NCBI RefSeq assembly: GCF_009914755.1
Contig: NC_060945.1
Length of the DNA: 64,000 nucleotides
Strand: one strand, 5' to 3'
Source of the DNA: the human T2T-CHM13v2.0 reference genome, Homo sapiens
Below the pieces are notes generated by a model that saw nothing but the letters and a program-made list of their open reading frames with translations, did not search any database and was not told the origin of the DNA. The position numbers were made by a program, and so were the translations under genes. Positions 36,723-52,092 of this stretch are shown here, piece after piece. Within the stretch, counting starts at the first letter, position 1, and each line of letters opens with the position of its first letter.

Positions 36723-38259
36723 TAATAAGCGGGAGTGATCCTGGGAGAGGGGGAAAAACTGATGATGCAGAAGAAAGGGAATTAGGGGCATGCTGTCCTG
36801 AGTGGGCACTGAGTGGGGTGGTCCAGTGCCCACGGAGAGGGGCTGGAGCTAGGACCATGGGTGGTACCTGTCTCCACTGCTGCTCCAGCAAACATATTTA
36901 ACACTCACGTTCAAGGGCTGTCACACGTATGTTGAAGACTTTGCCAAGGTTAATATGTTGCAATTTTTTTCTCCAAGTCTTCTTCATTTTTCCTGTCTCT
37001 AGAATGTTCTGAAAGATTTCTTTATGACTTTTCTATACCATAATTAAAGCAAACGTCTGTATTTTGCTGGCCATAGAAGCCAAAGAGGGATGCATCTGTC
37101 ATTTCTCTTCTGGGTTAGCATTCTTTCAAAATATCTGGACACCATAAAAATGTAGAGGTCAGTCAATAGAGATTTAATGCTTTCTTGTGAGAAATTCCCT
37201 TGGAAGGGCTTTAAGAAAGTCTTTTTAGAAGAGAATAATATCTTTGATCACTATATGCCTATTAAAATACTTTTTTTTTCTTGTGGGTTTACCATGGAAA
37301 AAAACATCAAAGCCTTATATGAGCCACATAGAAATAGCCTGTTTCTTAAATGGCTGGCCTGAAATTAGCGAAGGGTAGCAAATTGAACACAATGGTTTTT
37401 CTGTGTTGCGCATTCAGTTTGGGCTGATCAGATCCCATGCAAAAAGATTACTGTAAAACGAAGATGAAATTTTAGATTTTAAGAAGATTTCATTGTAAAG
37501 CTAGGTCACAGCATTCCACATTCAGGTGAGTACTAGGATTTGTAGATTATCAGTCATTATCATTAACATACTCACATACAATTGTCATTGTTGCTAAGAA
37601 GTGTTTGCACCTTTTCAACACTTAGAAATTAAGTCACATTTTCTGCTTTCAAAGCCCTTAACCTTAATCAATATTTTATAATGTGTTTTCATAGATGAGA
37701 TACATTTGAGTTACCCCAGTTATAAGATGGTTACTCCTTGCAATTATTCTAGATATGAAGATTCATTTGGCTAAAATGTGGTAAAATTGCAAGGCCATTC
37801 AGCAGGTCAGTTTTAAATACAATATGATTATTATTCCGTCATCTTTGTGCGTGATTGAAAATAACAGATTGTGTGGTTGGCAATTCGCTTCCCCATTAGA
37901 AAATTTACCTTCCTACTTCTGTTGTGTCTTACATAGTATAATTATTCTGTTGCCTTGAAAAATATTATAATAAACAGAAGGGCTAATTTTTTTAAGCGTG
38001 TTGGGTGGCCGAGGAGAAATGAAATTTTGAGTGGAAAACCTCACATGAATTGTCTGTAGTTGCTTGTACTTCATCCCTCACCAGTGCAAAAGCCAATTCC
38101 ACAGGAATTGAAAACTGTTATGAAAGAGAAGCCTGGTCTTCCGTCTTAACATCGGGTCATGAATTCAATGGGGAACACTGTATCTTCTTCATCTCTATGA
38201 CTCAGGCACATAGTAGCTGCTCACTTAATATTTATTAGAAATAAATATTTACTGAAAAA

Positions 38260-39160
38260 ATGAATCTCCCCCAAAGAACTGAAAGCAGGGTCTTGAAGAG
38301 ATAGTCACACACCTGTGTTCACAGCAGCATCATTCACAATAGCAAAAGGTGGAAACAACACAAGTGTCTGTGGACAGTTGAATGGATAAACAAAATTCTG
38401 GTCTATACTTATGTTTTAGTTTGGGCTGCCCTAACAAAGTACCCTAGACTGAGTGGCTTATAAATAATGTCAATGTATTTCTCTTAGTTCTGGAGACTGG
38501 AAACCCAAGGTCCAGGTGCCAGCATGGTCAGGGTCCAACGAGGGCCACCTTCTGGGCTGCAGACTGCCTGCTCTTCATTGCATCTTCAGATGGCAGAAAG
38601 AGGGTGAGAGCTCCTCCGTCCTTTTTATAAGGGCACTAATCCCATCCATGAGGCTCCATCCTCATGACCTAATCACCTCCCAAAGGCCCTGCCTCCTAAT
38701 AGCACCACCTTGGGGATTAGGATTGCAACAAAAGGCAGGGGATACAAACAATCAGGTCATAACAGCATATAATGGAATATTATTCAGCCTTAAAAAGGAA
38801 GACGGTTCTGGCACATGCTATAACATGGATGAACCTTGAAGACCTTATGCTATGTGATAGAAGACTGTTACAAAAGGACAAGCACTGGATGATTCCATTT
38901 ATGTGAGGTTCCTGGAGAAGGCAAATTCATAGAGACAGAAACATTAAGGGTGGTGTCCGCAGGAATGGAGAGTGAGGAGTTGTTTAATGGGTAACGGGTT
39001 TCAGTTTTGTAAAATGAAGTGAGTTCCTCAGGTGGGTGATGATGATGGTTACACAACAATGTGAATGTACTTAACGCCATTGAACTTCACCTTTAGAAAG
39101 AACTAAGATGGTAAATTTTAAGTTATGTGTATTTACCACATTTTAGAAAAAATGAATGTT
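38260..39160 (+). mobile_element. L1MB 3' region interrupted by an MLT1A-like LTR (~38412-38766)
   Basis: L1MB motifs (CAAAGAACTGAAAGCAGGGTCTTGAAGAGA; AATGGAATATTATTCAGCCTTAAAAAGGAA; GGATGAACCTTGAAGAC) flank an MLT1A body (TTGGGCTGCCCTAACAAAGTACC...GACCTAATCACCTCCCAAAGGCCC). Confidence 0.85.
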
Positions 39161-40671
39161 AATATCTAGAATAATTGCAAGGAGTAATCATCTTATAAAT
39201 TGCAGTAACTTAAAAGTCTTGCCTGATGCTGCAGCAGGCGTATATGCCTTATCTCTTTCTTTTTTTATGTTTATTTAAAATTGTGACAAAATTTGAATGT
39301 TGGTAACTAGGGTAAAGTTAACGATGTTCTTTTTCTGTAAGTTCAGGTTTGGAGTGGGTCTTCAATTGCTGTCATCAACTCTTGAGCAAAAGAGAACATT
39401 TAGTGAAACTCCAGAAACATCTTGAGAACTAAGACATTACACCTTTGATAAGAATTTATTCACACTTCTTTAGAAAATGTGCAGGAAGAACTAATTTGTA
39501 GGTAAAATGACATGTCCTAAAATTTTGGGAAATGCATAATGGGTTCTTAGGGGTTCTTTCGGAGTGGCTTTAGTTGTCGCTTGGGAAAGGAAGAAGCTAA
39601 TTAGCCCTGTTAATAGAAATGTTATTCTACTTATCCCCCTCCCCAACTATCATCAAAGTATGAAGGTCAGAGCTCTTTTGTCCTTTTTAATAGTTTGTTT
39701 TCTTAAAAGTGGTTGAGTGTGAATTTTCTCTTGCATGGGAAAAGGATCATTGTTTTCACTGGCATCAGTGAATGCGCTCACACATGACTGTTTAAATATG
39801 TCTTCATTCGTTAGTCAGTAGGATCGCATCCTGCTGGAAGACAGATTGTGTAACCTCAGAGGCTTCCAGGGAAACTCCAGTCCCAGGGAGAGAGTGGGAC
39901 AGTGGCATGCTCTATAGAGAAAGCACTCCTTGTTCTCTCTCTCTGCCTCCCCAACCCCGCCCCACTGATCTCCCTCCTGGTGCAGGAGGGACTGTTGGAG
40001 CAGAAGAAAACATCCAGCTCACCTGTCACTGAATAGCCCCTGTTGCAAAGGAACACAGGCTCTCTGGCCTCCAGCCCACATCTGCGGAAGCTTGGTTGGA
40101 GTGAGGCTGCTTACGGCTGCTCCCCTTTCAGTCCATGTTTGGTTTCTGCATCCAAGAGGCAGAGTGAGAATCAGACCCTGGTCGGGGGTGATCCCTGAAG
40201 GCAACGCAGTCATATGCAGTCTCTTGGCAAGCAGCCAGTGCTCTCAGCTGGGACACCCTGTCTTCAGGCATGCTGCTCTGTGGCCCCGCTTACAATGGTG
40301 ACGTTGCCTGATTCTGGCCCTGGTTCTGCCTATCACTGGCCAGACAGCCCTAAACCAAGCTCATACCGCTAGGGCCTTAGGAAGGGAGAGGAATGCAGGC
40401 AAAAGTCGTCTCCCATACACAGCCACCTAAGGAGGAACAGAGCCTTAGGATGTTAAGTGGAACAAACCAAGTCACGACCCACATGTAAGAATGTGACCAA
40501 GAGCGAGAAAACCCACAGACACACCTTTCTAAGGGTGGTGGCCTACAGGATTAGTTTCTCTTTCTCTTCCAAGTGACTGCTCTCCCCACACCTTGGCCTC
40601 CACCAGAGGGGAATGTGGGCAGTGCACGCAGGACCGCACGGTGTCTTCTGCAGGGGTGAAAACAGTATTTG

Positions 40672-41793
40672 AAGCCCCTGTGACTGCAGGTGCCTGCACC
40701 TTCTGGGGGTGGGAGAGGGCATGAAATCCTATCAGCAGGAAAGTCCATCCTTGCTGCTCTGCTCCACTCGCCCAAGCCGGGCTGGGAAGAGAGGAGAGAG
40801 GACTTCAGAGGTACCCAGGCTATTCCCAGGGGGAGGCCTGTGTGGTCCCCGTTTGTTCGGAGATGATAAGGAGTCCATTCGAGGGAGGAGCTGCCTTCTG
40901 AACATGGGAGTGGCTGACACTACCTCTGAGGGTTTCAGTGCCTCTCCCGTGTCCAGAATTCTTCTGATTCTGATGCAGGGGGCAGGATGGCAGGGGTACA
41001 GGGTAAGGGTATGAGGGCTCAGGGGCTGCTGAGGATGGGGGTGTTTGTTTTGTTTTAGTTCCTGCCACCCCACCCTGCCCTCTGCTCCCCATCTCTGCCT
41101 GGGTCACCCATCACTGAAAGATGTCAGTTGCACACCAAGGTGGCTACCAGAGGGAGAAAAACAGCCCCTAGGGGTAGGGAAGGTGGGAGTTCCGTGGAGG
41201 CAGCACCTGGATCAGGAGAGCTGGGCAGCCAGGGGCAGAACAACCACCTGCCAGGGTGGGATTAAAAAGCAGGCATCCTCACCATAGCCTAGGATACCTT
41301 TGGATTGGAGCATTCCCAGCTGGAACGTTGCCCTCTTGCAGCCACGTACAGGTGGTGCTGACACTCAGGCCGCTCCCAAACGTTCTGTCGTGCGGTTATG
41401 TCCACCCTGGGTTGCAGCCCATGTGCACCCTGGGAGGACTGCTGAACACACCGCCAGGCCATGGAGATTGTGCACACCACTGCCGGTCTGTGTCCAGACT
41501 AGCAGCAATAAGGATTCTGATTCTGATTAAAGCCCCTGTGACTGCAGGTGCCTGCGCCTTCTGGGGGTGGGAGAGGGCGTGAAATCCTATCAGCAGGAAA
41601 GTCCATCCTTGCTGCTTCCCTCCACTCGCCCGAGCCGGGCTGGGAAGAGAGGGAACAGAGGTGCCCAGGCTGTTCCCAGGGGGAGGCCTGTGTGGTCCCC
41701 GTTTGTTCGGAGATGATAAGGAGTCCATCTGAGGGAGGAGCTGCCTTCTGGACATGGGAGTGTGGCTGACACTACCTCTGCGGGTTTCAGTGC
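40672..41793 (+). repeat. Interspersed direct duplication: ~270 bp at 40672-40941 and ~264 bp at 41530-41793
   Basis: AAGCCCCTGTGACTGCAGGTGCCTGC...GGAGATGATAAGGAGTCCAT...GGGTTTCAGTGC is present twice with few differences. Confidence 0.95.
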
Positions 41794-42519
41794 AGAGATA
41801 AGGAATGCCAGTCTGGTGGATAATTTGATGCGTGCCTTTTTCTGCAGAGTGATGTATTTGAGAAACAGCCCTGTAACGAGAAAAAGCCGCACTACCCCTC
41901 TTTAAGTTCAAACACCACTGTGCCAGGTGCTTTTATAGAGGCAGGACAAGGCACGATGCTCAGAGCAACACTCTTTATTAACCCAGGGTACAGACAAGGG
42001 GGCTGAGGCTCAGAGAGGGTGGCAACCCTCAGATTCTGCAGCGAACAAGAGGTTGAGCTGGGGTTAGAATCTCGGTCCAGCACACCCTGAAGTCACTATC
42101 CTTTCCTGCATGGAGAAGACACAGGTGTATCCTGGGACCATGGCTAGGAAATGAATGTGAAACTCGCATCCTGTGAATGTTATGAAAGGACATAGTTCCC
42201 AATATGTTTAAGGGCGTTGGCTATGGGTTTGGGATGAAACCTCTCCCCGTTGTAGAAATGTGTCCTTTCTACTCTTCATAAGGGATGTGTGTTATTTGGA
42301 AAGTTTCAAAACTCAGTCAGGGAGGTCCCCCTCCCCCCTAACCAACCTATCACCCCAGGAACGAGGTTTCAGCTGCAGAGGTAGTGACAGCTCCCAGGTC
42401 CAGAAGAATTAGGATTTGGGGACTTGGATTTGAGTGATCTCTTAGGTTCTTAAAACGGGCCTCCTACACCCTAAATACTGCTCCCTCAACTTCAACCTCC
42501 ACAGTTGGTATCAACCTGC

Positions 42520-43425
42520 TGTCAACTAAAAGTAAGCTCCTAAGCCCCCCACCAACTGAACAGACCCTTCTTTTTGCCAAGGAGACCCCCCAGAAAAACC
42601 TTAAAAACTTAGTTCTCAGCCATGATGGGACAGGAGATCAGACACACCTTGTTACACTTTCTCCCTTTTATGGTTTAGGCACAACGGCTGACCAGTACTA
42701 ATGTTAAAATAGAGAATAGAACAGACTGTTTGTGGCAACAAGATACCAACTTATAAGCAGCAACCTCAGGTCACGCCAGGCAAGGGTCGAGCCGCGTACT
42801 CTACACTTAGAGAACGGATTCTGTTCTCACGGCACAGCGTCTTCTTTTTCTCCAGCAGCTAAAACACTCACCGGCCCGGAGATCAGCCAGATTCAAATGA
42901 CTGCAGCTCATCCGCCCACAGACGCAGACTGACCCCGTTCCACAGCCATGACTGCAGCTCGGATTGGGCAGGAGACTGACTTCAGGAACCTCCTCCAGAT
43001 AAGAGACCCCTGACAGTGGACTGGCTCTGGTTGCTTTACAGAGGCTGCTCACTTGAGTGCCTTCAAGTCCTGAAAAGACCTTTTTGACATTTAGGGCCTA
43101 ACTGTGATACACTTAAATGTTAAGACTCCAGCCCAGAGTGAACACAGGAGGCATGTCACATGGATGTTCAATATGCGTGCATCAGGACCACCTTCATGAA
43201 TATTCATAGTTCCTCCTGTAAACTGCTGAATATGTATGTTTAGCCAACCCATTCAGCGTAAAGCTCCTTCCCCAACCCCTCCTCCTTCAAAGTGCCTGTC
43301 TCTGTTCTTGCACAAAGGCACACTTCCCAGACTGCAGGATGGCCGCCTTGCACCTTTATAAGAAGGTATTCTTTTCACCTTCCCAAATGTATAAATATTG
43401 TGTTGATTTTTTTTTTAAGTGAACA
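42520..43425 (+). mobile_element. Solo LTR, MER4 group (MER4D1-like)
   Basis: TGTCAACTAAAAGTAAGCTCCTAAGCCCCCCACC...TTTTAAGTGAACA, with a 4-bp TSD CTGC at 42516-42519 and 43426-43429. Confidence 0.85.
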
Positions 43426-44407
43426 CTGCTAAATGCTAAGCATTTGGTGGAAAACCACCACATTCCAGAATCAGGCAGCCAAGCCCATCCCCATTCCCCC
43501 CTCCCCATCCCTCTCCCCCCTTCACTGCCACCGTCCACTTGGCAGCTGTGGTTTTCCCAAGAGGAGCCCAGGTATCCATGTGTCTCTCAACATGTGTCTT
43601 TCTAGTAGGAGCCTGTACAGCAATAGTGAAATGGCTCACACTCTCACACATGCACACACAGCCAGAATAAATTGTATAATCAAGCTCCTCTTAGCTAAGT
43701 TCTGTAACATCTGTTTGTGTTAAGTGGTGCTCTTTGAAAATGATTCCCCCCTCCCTTTATAAAAACAACCTTAATTTTAGATTGTGGAGAAATGGCGCAT
43801 GACAATTATTTTTGCTTTCTTCAACAAGATGTGTTTAAGTAAATGAGATTCATTTCTAGAACTGAAGCGCTGAAAGAGCCTGATTAACAGAATCAGTGCC
43901 TACAATCATATGTAATAACTGTGGGCAAACAGCCCCGCGTGGCTGGGCTGCAGAGGCCACTGCTGCTGTGGGTTCGGCTTGCCGGCAGACTTCAGCAGAT
44001 GGGCTGCTAATATAATTAGGAATCGTTGTGTTAAATGAGCCATTATTTAAATTATCTGCTAATTTTCCTATCTATTAACCTGCTGAAATAGAGAGAGTAA
44101 TATCTGAGAAATCTCAGGCTGCTAATCACTAACTAGATGAATCGCCCAGTTTTTCCCTTTAATGCAACATTTTACCTTATTGCAGCAATTAGCAAATGGC
44201 TTTCTGTAGGGTTATTGCCCAGTGCATCAACCAGAGATTAAGAAGGGACAGTGGGAGACGTCCACAGTCTGTTTAGGTTTCATCCAGGTGGCAGATTGGT
44301 GGCTAGACCATGGCTTCTAGCCGAGGAGGCTCTTAGCTTTCTCGACCACTGTTTTCTTGTTTATTTCATAGTCTCTGCATTAAAGGATATTTGGCCTTCA
44401 GAAAGCT

Positions 44408-44770
44408 TCTCTTAGTCCATTTGGGCTGCTATAACAAAATACCTTAGACTGGGTGGCTTATTGATGGCAGACATGTATTTCTTACAGTTTTGGGAGCTGG
44501 AAGTCCAAGACCCAGGCACTGGCAGATTGAGGTCTAGTGAGGGCTTCGTGCTTCATAGAGTCAGTGCCTTCTCTCTGTCTCCTTACATGGCAAAAGGGAT
44601 GAGCGAGCGCTCTCACGTACTTTTGTAAGGGCACTAATCCTATCTCTTAGGGCCCCACACTCATGATCTAATTGCCTCCCAAAGGCCTTGCCTCCTAATA
44701 TCAGTACGTTGGGAATAAGGGTTCATCATACAAAGTTAGGGGTCAGGGCACAGACATTCAGAGCACAGCA
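44408..44770 (-). mobile_element. MaLR LTR (MLT1A-like)
   Basis: CTTAGTCCATTTGGGCTGCTATAACAAAATACCTTAGACTGGGTGGCTTA...ACATTCAGAGCACAGCA. Confidence 0.85.
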
Positions 44771-45825
44771 GAGCATAAGGTGAGGACTGTGTGAGTATAA
44801 CTTCTCTCACTCTCCCTACCCTGAGACACTGGTAGGGGGCAGGAAAGTGAGGTAGGCGGGAGGAGGAGGTCAATACAGGGTGCACTCAGAGTGGGCTATT
44901 GCAGTGCACATCTGGGGCTCAACCCCACCAAGGACTTCTGGGGGATGACACAGAGACCACTCCAAACTGTTTGCCTGGGGAGTAAGGGAGCAACGGTTTG
45001 GACCCACCAGCTGTTTATTTTTGGTCAAGGGCTGCTCCCAGGAGCATTCACTCCCTGGTACGTCAGACCTGACTTGGACACTAGATAATCTCACTCCTGA
45101 GGTTACAGAAGCTGAAGTGAGTGCCCAAGGAATATGGGTAGGCCACCAGCAATCTCTGCTGTCTTCTCGCTTCTAGCTTTGCTTATACTTGGACATTTAA
45201 GAGACAAGTTTGTGGTTATTTATATAGCAGCTGGGAAGTTGACTAAGTTTAGCCTACCCTTGCCATGTCTAGAAAATCTAAATTAATTCTTTGCACACAT
45301 GATTTAGGAGTTTGGCCTGTTGAACTTTCTCCGGCTACTTCCAACTTCTTGGCAGGTTTGTTGACCTAATTGGCATTCTCTCTGCTCCCAGGTGGGGGCT
45401 CATGGACATGCTTCCCCATCTGAAGGAACAAGTGATTAGTGAATTCCTATTAGTTGCAGGCACTGTGGGGACCATCAAAAAGAGACTAAGAAGAAGAGCT
45501 TTGTCCTTAAGGAATTTACAAGCTCATTGAGAGGAAAGAAAGGAAACCGGGAAACATTAGAGGACAATAAAAGACACGAGACAACCCTAGACACCAAAAA
45601 TCAGGGCATGAGCTGTCAGAGAGGAGTAAATCAGAGCTGCAGCTGGGAGGCCTTCTGGGGAACGCAGGACTTAGCATGGGTCTCAAAGGCAACAGCCTTT
45701 GTACGGTTTATCGTTTACTCTCAGCCAGCAGGCAGAAGGGGTGAGAGGTGGTTTCTACTTGCATCAAAACAAAATAAGGAATATCAAACCCCACAAATCA
45801 TGCTGTTGAAAAAAATGAGTAAGCT

Positions 45826-46309
<484 letters not shown>

Positions 46310-49255
46310 TCAGTTTACTCAGTTTTCACACCTTGCTGGCTAAAATTGCACGTGGAACCGGCGCTAGTGTTTATTTGCTCACTCACCGTGAGCCAGCACC
46401 ATGAGGAGCACGTGTCACAGCATTTACTTCTCACAAGCACCCCATGAGAATGGTCATCACCCCCTTTCCTAGAAGAGGGAGGGTGCAGAGAGATCTGGGG
46501 AGAGGAACCCACCTCTTCCAGGTGCCAGGCACTGGTACATGAATGGTGGAGGGAGATTGGACCCCAAGCCCTGCGTGCATTCAGTCATTCTGCTCAGTGA
46601 AGTGTGGACAGAATTTGTTTGATGGGAGGGTAGAATTGTTCTCAAAGGGCTTGTGACACAGGAGGAAGACGTCCACGTTCAGGACATGTCTAGTTCCTAC
46701 CCATCCGTGATGTGTGCATAATGGTCATCCCTCTTTTATAATTATTTTGTAAAATCTGATGATGCGGTTTTGGGCAGGGCTGCTGGAACTGGGGCATATT
46801 GTCAAGGAAGTCTATGCCAAAGACGAACAGTTTTCATCGTGGGGGCATAGAATTTTCACACATCTTCTGGAATAGATCATCTAAACTCTTTTACTCTCAG
46901 ATTTTCTGTATAATTGGTAGGTGCTCAAGAGATTTGCTTTAGAAATGAACAAGCCACCTTCCTTTTGCCTGGAATGTGCATTTCTGCCACTTGCCCTTCA
47001 CTGCATGAACGTCTCTCTAACCTTGACTTTCATTTATTCATTCAACAACTGTTTAGTGAGCACCTACTAGGCTCCCAGGCACTGTCTGAGGTACTGGTGA
47101 CAAAGAGATGAGCCACATGTGGCCCTACTGTCAGCTGTCATGGAGGGCGCACTGTGCTGGGGACATTATCTGGAGAAGACAGGCTCCTGTGTGACGGTGA
47201 TGCACCCAGGACAGGGGCACAGAAGCCTTGGGAACACCATGTAAAGTTAGAGGAAGAGGTATGGGGGGAGGGCAGAGATCAGAAGGAAGGACTGTGGGGG
47301 GCAAACCAGGAGGGCGCATTTCCAAAGCTTCACTGAGGCCTGGTCACTTGCGGCCAGCACTGCCTGCAGGCTGGACAGGTCAGGGGAGAGCTCAGAGATG
47401 ACCGTGGGCCTGGAGCACGGGAGGTCACTGGTGAGCTTGGCCGGCCATGGAGAGCTGAGGCAGAAGCTCCATCTCTGCAGGTGGAGGAGAGAAAGAGAGA
47501 AAGGAATTGAGACGGGAGGTGGCCCACTGCTGGATGCTTGACCGCAAAGGGGGAAGGAACAGTAGCTGGAGGGAGTGTGTTTTGGGTTTTGCCATTTTTA
47601 GGAAGGCGAGAAGAAATTAGCCACTGAGTTCCTGCAGTTCCACCTCCTTAGGTCTCTGGCAGCTTGGATCACAGATGGTTTTCAAGGGCAGGTCCTGGTG
47701 GACAGGCCATTCTCCCTACTAGATGCTGCACTCTGCAGGGGCCAGGACACAGGCACCATCATCTTTGCTGCTCTCACCCCATGCCCCAGGTTCAGCACAG
47801 CAAAGACCCACATCTGCCCTGCAAAGGCCCTCGAGGCCGCTGATGTTGGCGGCAGGGTTGGAGTAGTTAAAAGCCAGTGATTTTCAAGGTAGAAGACTCC
47901 ATCCAGCTTCTGCTGGAAAACCGGTTTTTGTTAGTTGTGATTGTGTTCTGGAAAAATGGAATGTGACTTCTATGGGAGGCTCCCTAGTATCAGGAAGGAA
48001 GCAGGGAACAGGGGCGGGGACGTCGGGACCTCCATGGGCTGTTTCACATCTCCAAGGCGTTTCTGTTTTCCTCAGATGTAAAGTGGGGATCTGTCTATCG
48101 TATGAGCTTTTGAGTCATTTTAAGTTATGCTTTGCTTGGAAGTTAAGAACATTCCCTGAATTTGAGAATATATATTTTCAATGACCTTTTATGTAGCTGG
48201 AGGGACATGGCCCAGGGCTAGGCTGGTGTGTGTGTGTGTGAATACATGCATACATGCACGTGAGGTTGAACCCAAAGAGGCAGGAAATAATTTTGGAAAT
48301 TCCTAGAATAAAGGAAGGGGCAGATTAAATTGCTAGCATGTGGCATGAGGTGAGGAACCTGGAAGGAGCCCACAGCCGGGGTGTTTGAGTTTTCCGTTGT
48401 TTGAGAGCGCGTCGTGTGAAATTTATAGAGCAGGTGGCATTACTATTTTTATCTCTGTGGTTGAGGCTACTTGTGAAAGTGGGTGATGGTCCTGGCTAGA
48501 ATTCAACACGAGAAAGGTCCATTTCCAGTGTCACCACACAGAAAATGGTGGTGGCTCCTGCGGGCCGCTCAGACACATGATGTGATGTACAGCCCAGAGC
48601 GTTTACTGTGCCCTGGAGACTCAGCCCTTGCCTGACTCTGTGGCTGCCTTATTTATTTGGGGCCATTTCTCTCAGATCATATGCTCCAGGAACGACCATC
48701 GTGGTGACTGGCTTTGCCAAGCTGTGACTCTGAGTTGAACCTTCTTGAAAACTAGCTTTTGCTGGAACTGCCACGGAAGATAAGGTTGTGCTGAATGCCT
48801 GGGCAATGAGAAGAAATCACCTGTGTAAAAGAATGCAGTCCACACTTTGGTCTGACTTTCTCTGCATTTGTGTTCCCTGCCTCTGCGGAGGAGTGACACC
48901 CCCTGAGAGGCAGGACCGGGTCTGGGCGTGTGAGAACGAGCTCCGGTCATGAGGCAATGCAGAGGCTGCGGTGGAGCTTCAGAGGGAGGGAAGCAGGGTG
49001 AAGCGTCTCTGGAGAGAGTCCCCCTGTCACTGGGGCTGCTGTGTGGAGGGCAAGTCTTGTTCCTGCCTTGGCCCTGTCTAGTTACGCAGTCGCAGTCAGC
49101 GCGGACGTGCGTTGCCAGCCTGACCGGCCGGGTGTGGGATCTCCTGAGCTACTGAGTGCAGAGTTGCCAGCGAGACCCAGAAATGGTTGTGAAACAGCTT
49201 CCACGATGGACAGTGGGCACAGGGAGGAAGGCTGGTCTTGTTCAGAAATCTGTAG

Positions 49256-49562
<307 letters not shown>

Positions 49563-50039
49563 AATCTAGAGCTGTTCTTATCTGTGACTTTCAATGGCCA
49601 AGAAAACGTATTTCCTACTGTTGTGCAATTAGTTATTTTTTTAGGGCGATTGATGTTTCTTGCCTAACATCCACACTGTCCTCTTCTCAAGCCCTAGTAT
49701 TCTCTGATTTGCCTTGTAAAGGAATTTTTGTGTGTTTGTTTTCTGTCTCTCCTTTACCTCTTTACCCCCCTCCTTTCCCTCTTTACCCCGTTTTAGCCAA
49801 GCAACTTCCAAATTCATCTTGCCTCCAGAAAGCATTTAAATCCCCAACACAGAGACAGTGGTGAACACTCAGGGCCCTGTGCCTTCCCTGTGGCAGCTCA
49901 TGGCAGCTTTGGCGAGGTATCTGCTGGTTGAGCCTCGGTGCTTTCCAGCCTGGGTGCTGGACACGTTGTACTTTGGAGCCCCCTCCCAGTGATGGTTTAG
50001 GTCCCGGCCCTTGCTCTTTTCACATCAGCCATAGAAGTG

Positions 50040-50410
50040 GCTTTTGCTCTTGTGATAATCCTAAGCTGGATGCAAAGAAGGTGTCACAGAGCCAGCTCGG
50101 CAGGCAGCAAGGAGGCCTGGAGGCCGGCAAGCCTTGAAGATGGACGGAGCAAGTAAAGGCGGCGGCCAGCAGCAAGTGAGTGGGAGGCCTGGGGACACGC
50201 CTCCATGACACAGCCTGAGGGCTGCCAGCCCCTACCAGAAACTGGGAGAGACAAGAAGGGCCCTCCCCTGGAGCTTCTGTGGGAAGCGCAGCCCCGCCCA
50301 CACCTAGATTTTGGACTTCTGACCTCCAGAACTGCCAGAAAATAAATGTATATTATCTCATGCCAACCAGTTTGTGGCTGTTTGTTAAGGCAGCCATAAG
50401 AAATTAATGT
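50040..50410 (+). mobile_element. MaLR LTR fragment (MLT1D-like)
   Basis: CACACCTAGATTTTGGACTTCTGACCTCCAGAACTG...AGTTTGTGGCTGTTTGTTAAGGCAGCC. Confidence 0.65.
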
Positions 50411-51130
50411 AAAAAGTGAGTCCCGTTTTCCAGGAAACTTGAATCAGACCAACCAATGTTAAGATATGTCAGTAAAACTACAGAACGATGGTTCTAATAT
50501 AAACAATACAACTATAGAACTTTGTGGCTATGGAAAGAATTCTTCAGTAACCAAGGAGAAAAAGTCACGTGTAATGAGGAAAAATAAGACATGCTTTAGA
50601 TTTCTCCACAAATACTCACTGTTGAAATACACTGGAGAAACATATATATAAAGTGTTAAGAAAAAAAATATGACCCAAATGCACAAAACCCAGGCAGATC
50701 ATTCTTCAAGTGTAAAGGCCATGGATAGGTGCTCGCAAGCATGAAAGCCCTTGGGGAAGATGGTGTCCAACTTTGGGTGGGGCCCGTGGGAGGCTGAACA
50801 AAACCTAGCCATTGGGGAGCTGGGTGAAGTCAGAGACAGGAGGACTGGTAGGAAGGAGAGAACCTCTTTCCTTATAGAATGACTAAGCAACTGTGGGAAA
50901 TATGGGTATCAAAAACAAATCTTGAAAATATATAAACAACAGTGTAACCTATGGAGAGGTTGGTGGGACTCAGATTCCTGGTGACATAGGTACATTCACC
51001 ACCTCATCTTCCTTAATGGAAGGAAATTCTGACAGATGATAAATAAAAAATATTGGCAGGTAGGTAAAAAAGAAAGATGTTCATGCATTATGTAAAATTA
51101 CAAAAAGGCATATCATGAAAGTAAAAATAA

Positions 51131-51493
<363 letters not shown>

Positions 51494-52092
51494 AATTCTT
51501 GATTTTTTTAGAAGTGTGCAGAGTGGGGATCCCAAAAATATCATTCTAAGTTGCTAAATCAAGAGAAGAGGTTAAGATATATCACATAAAATTGTAAAGA
51601 AAATGACTAGAATAATTTAAAAATAGATGTAAAGCTTGCAGTTCACCAGAACAATTATTAAACACCAGAAATCTGTATAGTAAAGATGAAAAGAATAAAA
51701 GAAGAAACATTATAGCAGACAGTGTCACATAGGAAGAGATAGGATGAGGAAAAATGTGTATAATTGGATGCAAATTGATAAATTCATCTCTTAAAATAAT
51801 TCAGTTTGGGGGAATGTTTAAAAATGGTGCAGGGATTCTGATATGCCTGCCCCCTTTGAGAATCAGGTTGTGGTGAGTTACTGATAACTTAGTGTTTATT
51901 ATTTAAGAGCAGAAAAAGAGAGAACCCTGTCCTTCAGGAATATCTGGTTCAACCAGACTGACCTAGGGACGGATCTCCTTCACTTACTTTGACCTGTTAC
52001 TGACTATTTGATACATGCAAGAATTACTCAGCCTCCAACAATTTCTCTCCTGTGAAATCCATGTAAATGCAGATTTGCTTGGTGTCCTCTAA

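Noticed and set aside
39779-39789. M-box-like AGTCATGTG (MITF) motif, attractive because BACE2 acts in melanocytes
   Set aside because: A single 9-bp match in 64 kb is not far from chance and cannot be supported without ChIP data.
40672-41793. Direct repeats read as the LTRs of a miniature retroelement
   Set aside because: The repeat boundaries are not clean TG...CA ends, and I see no TSD, PBS or PPT. Kept only as a local duplication.
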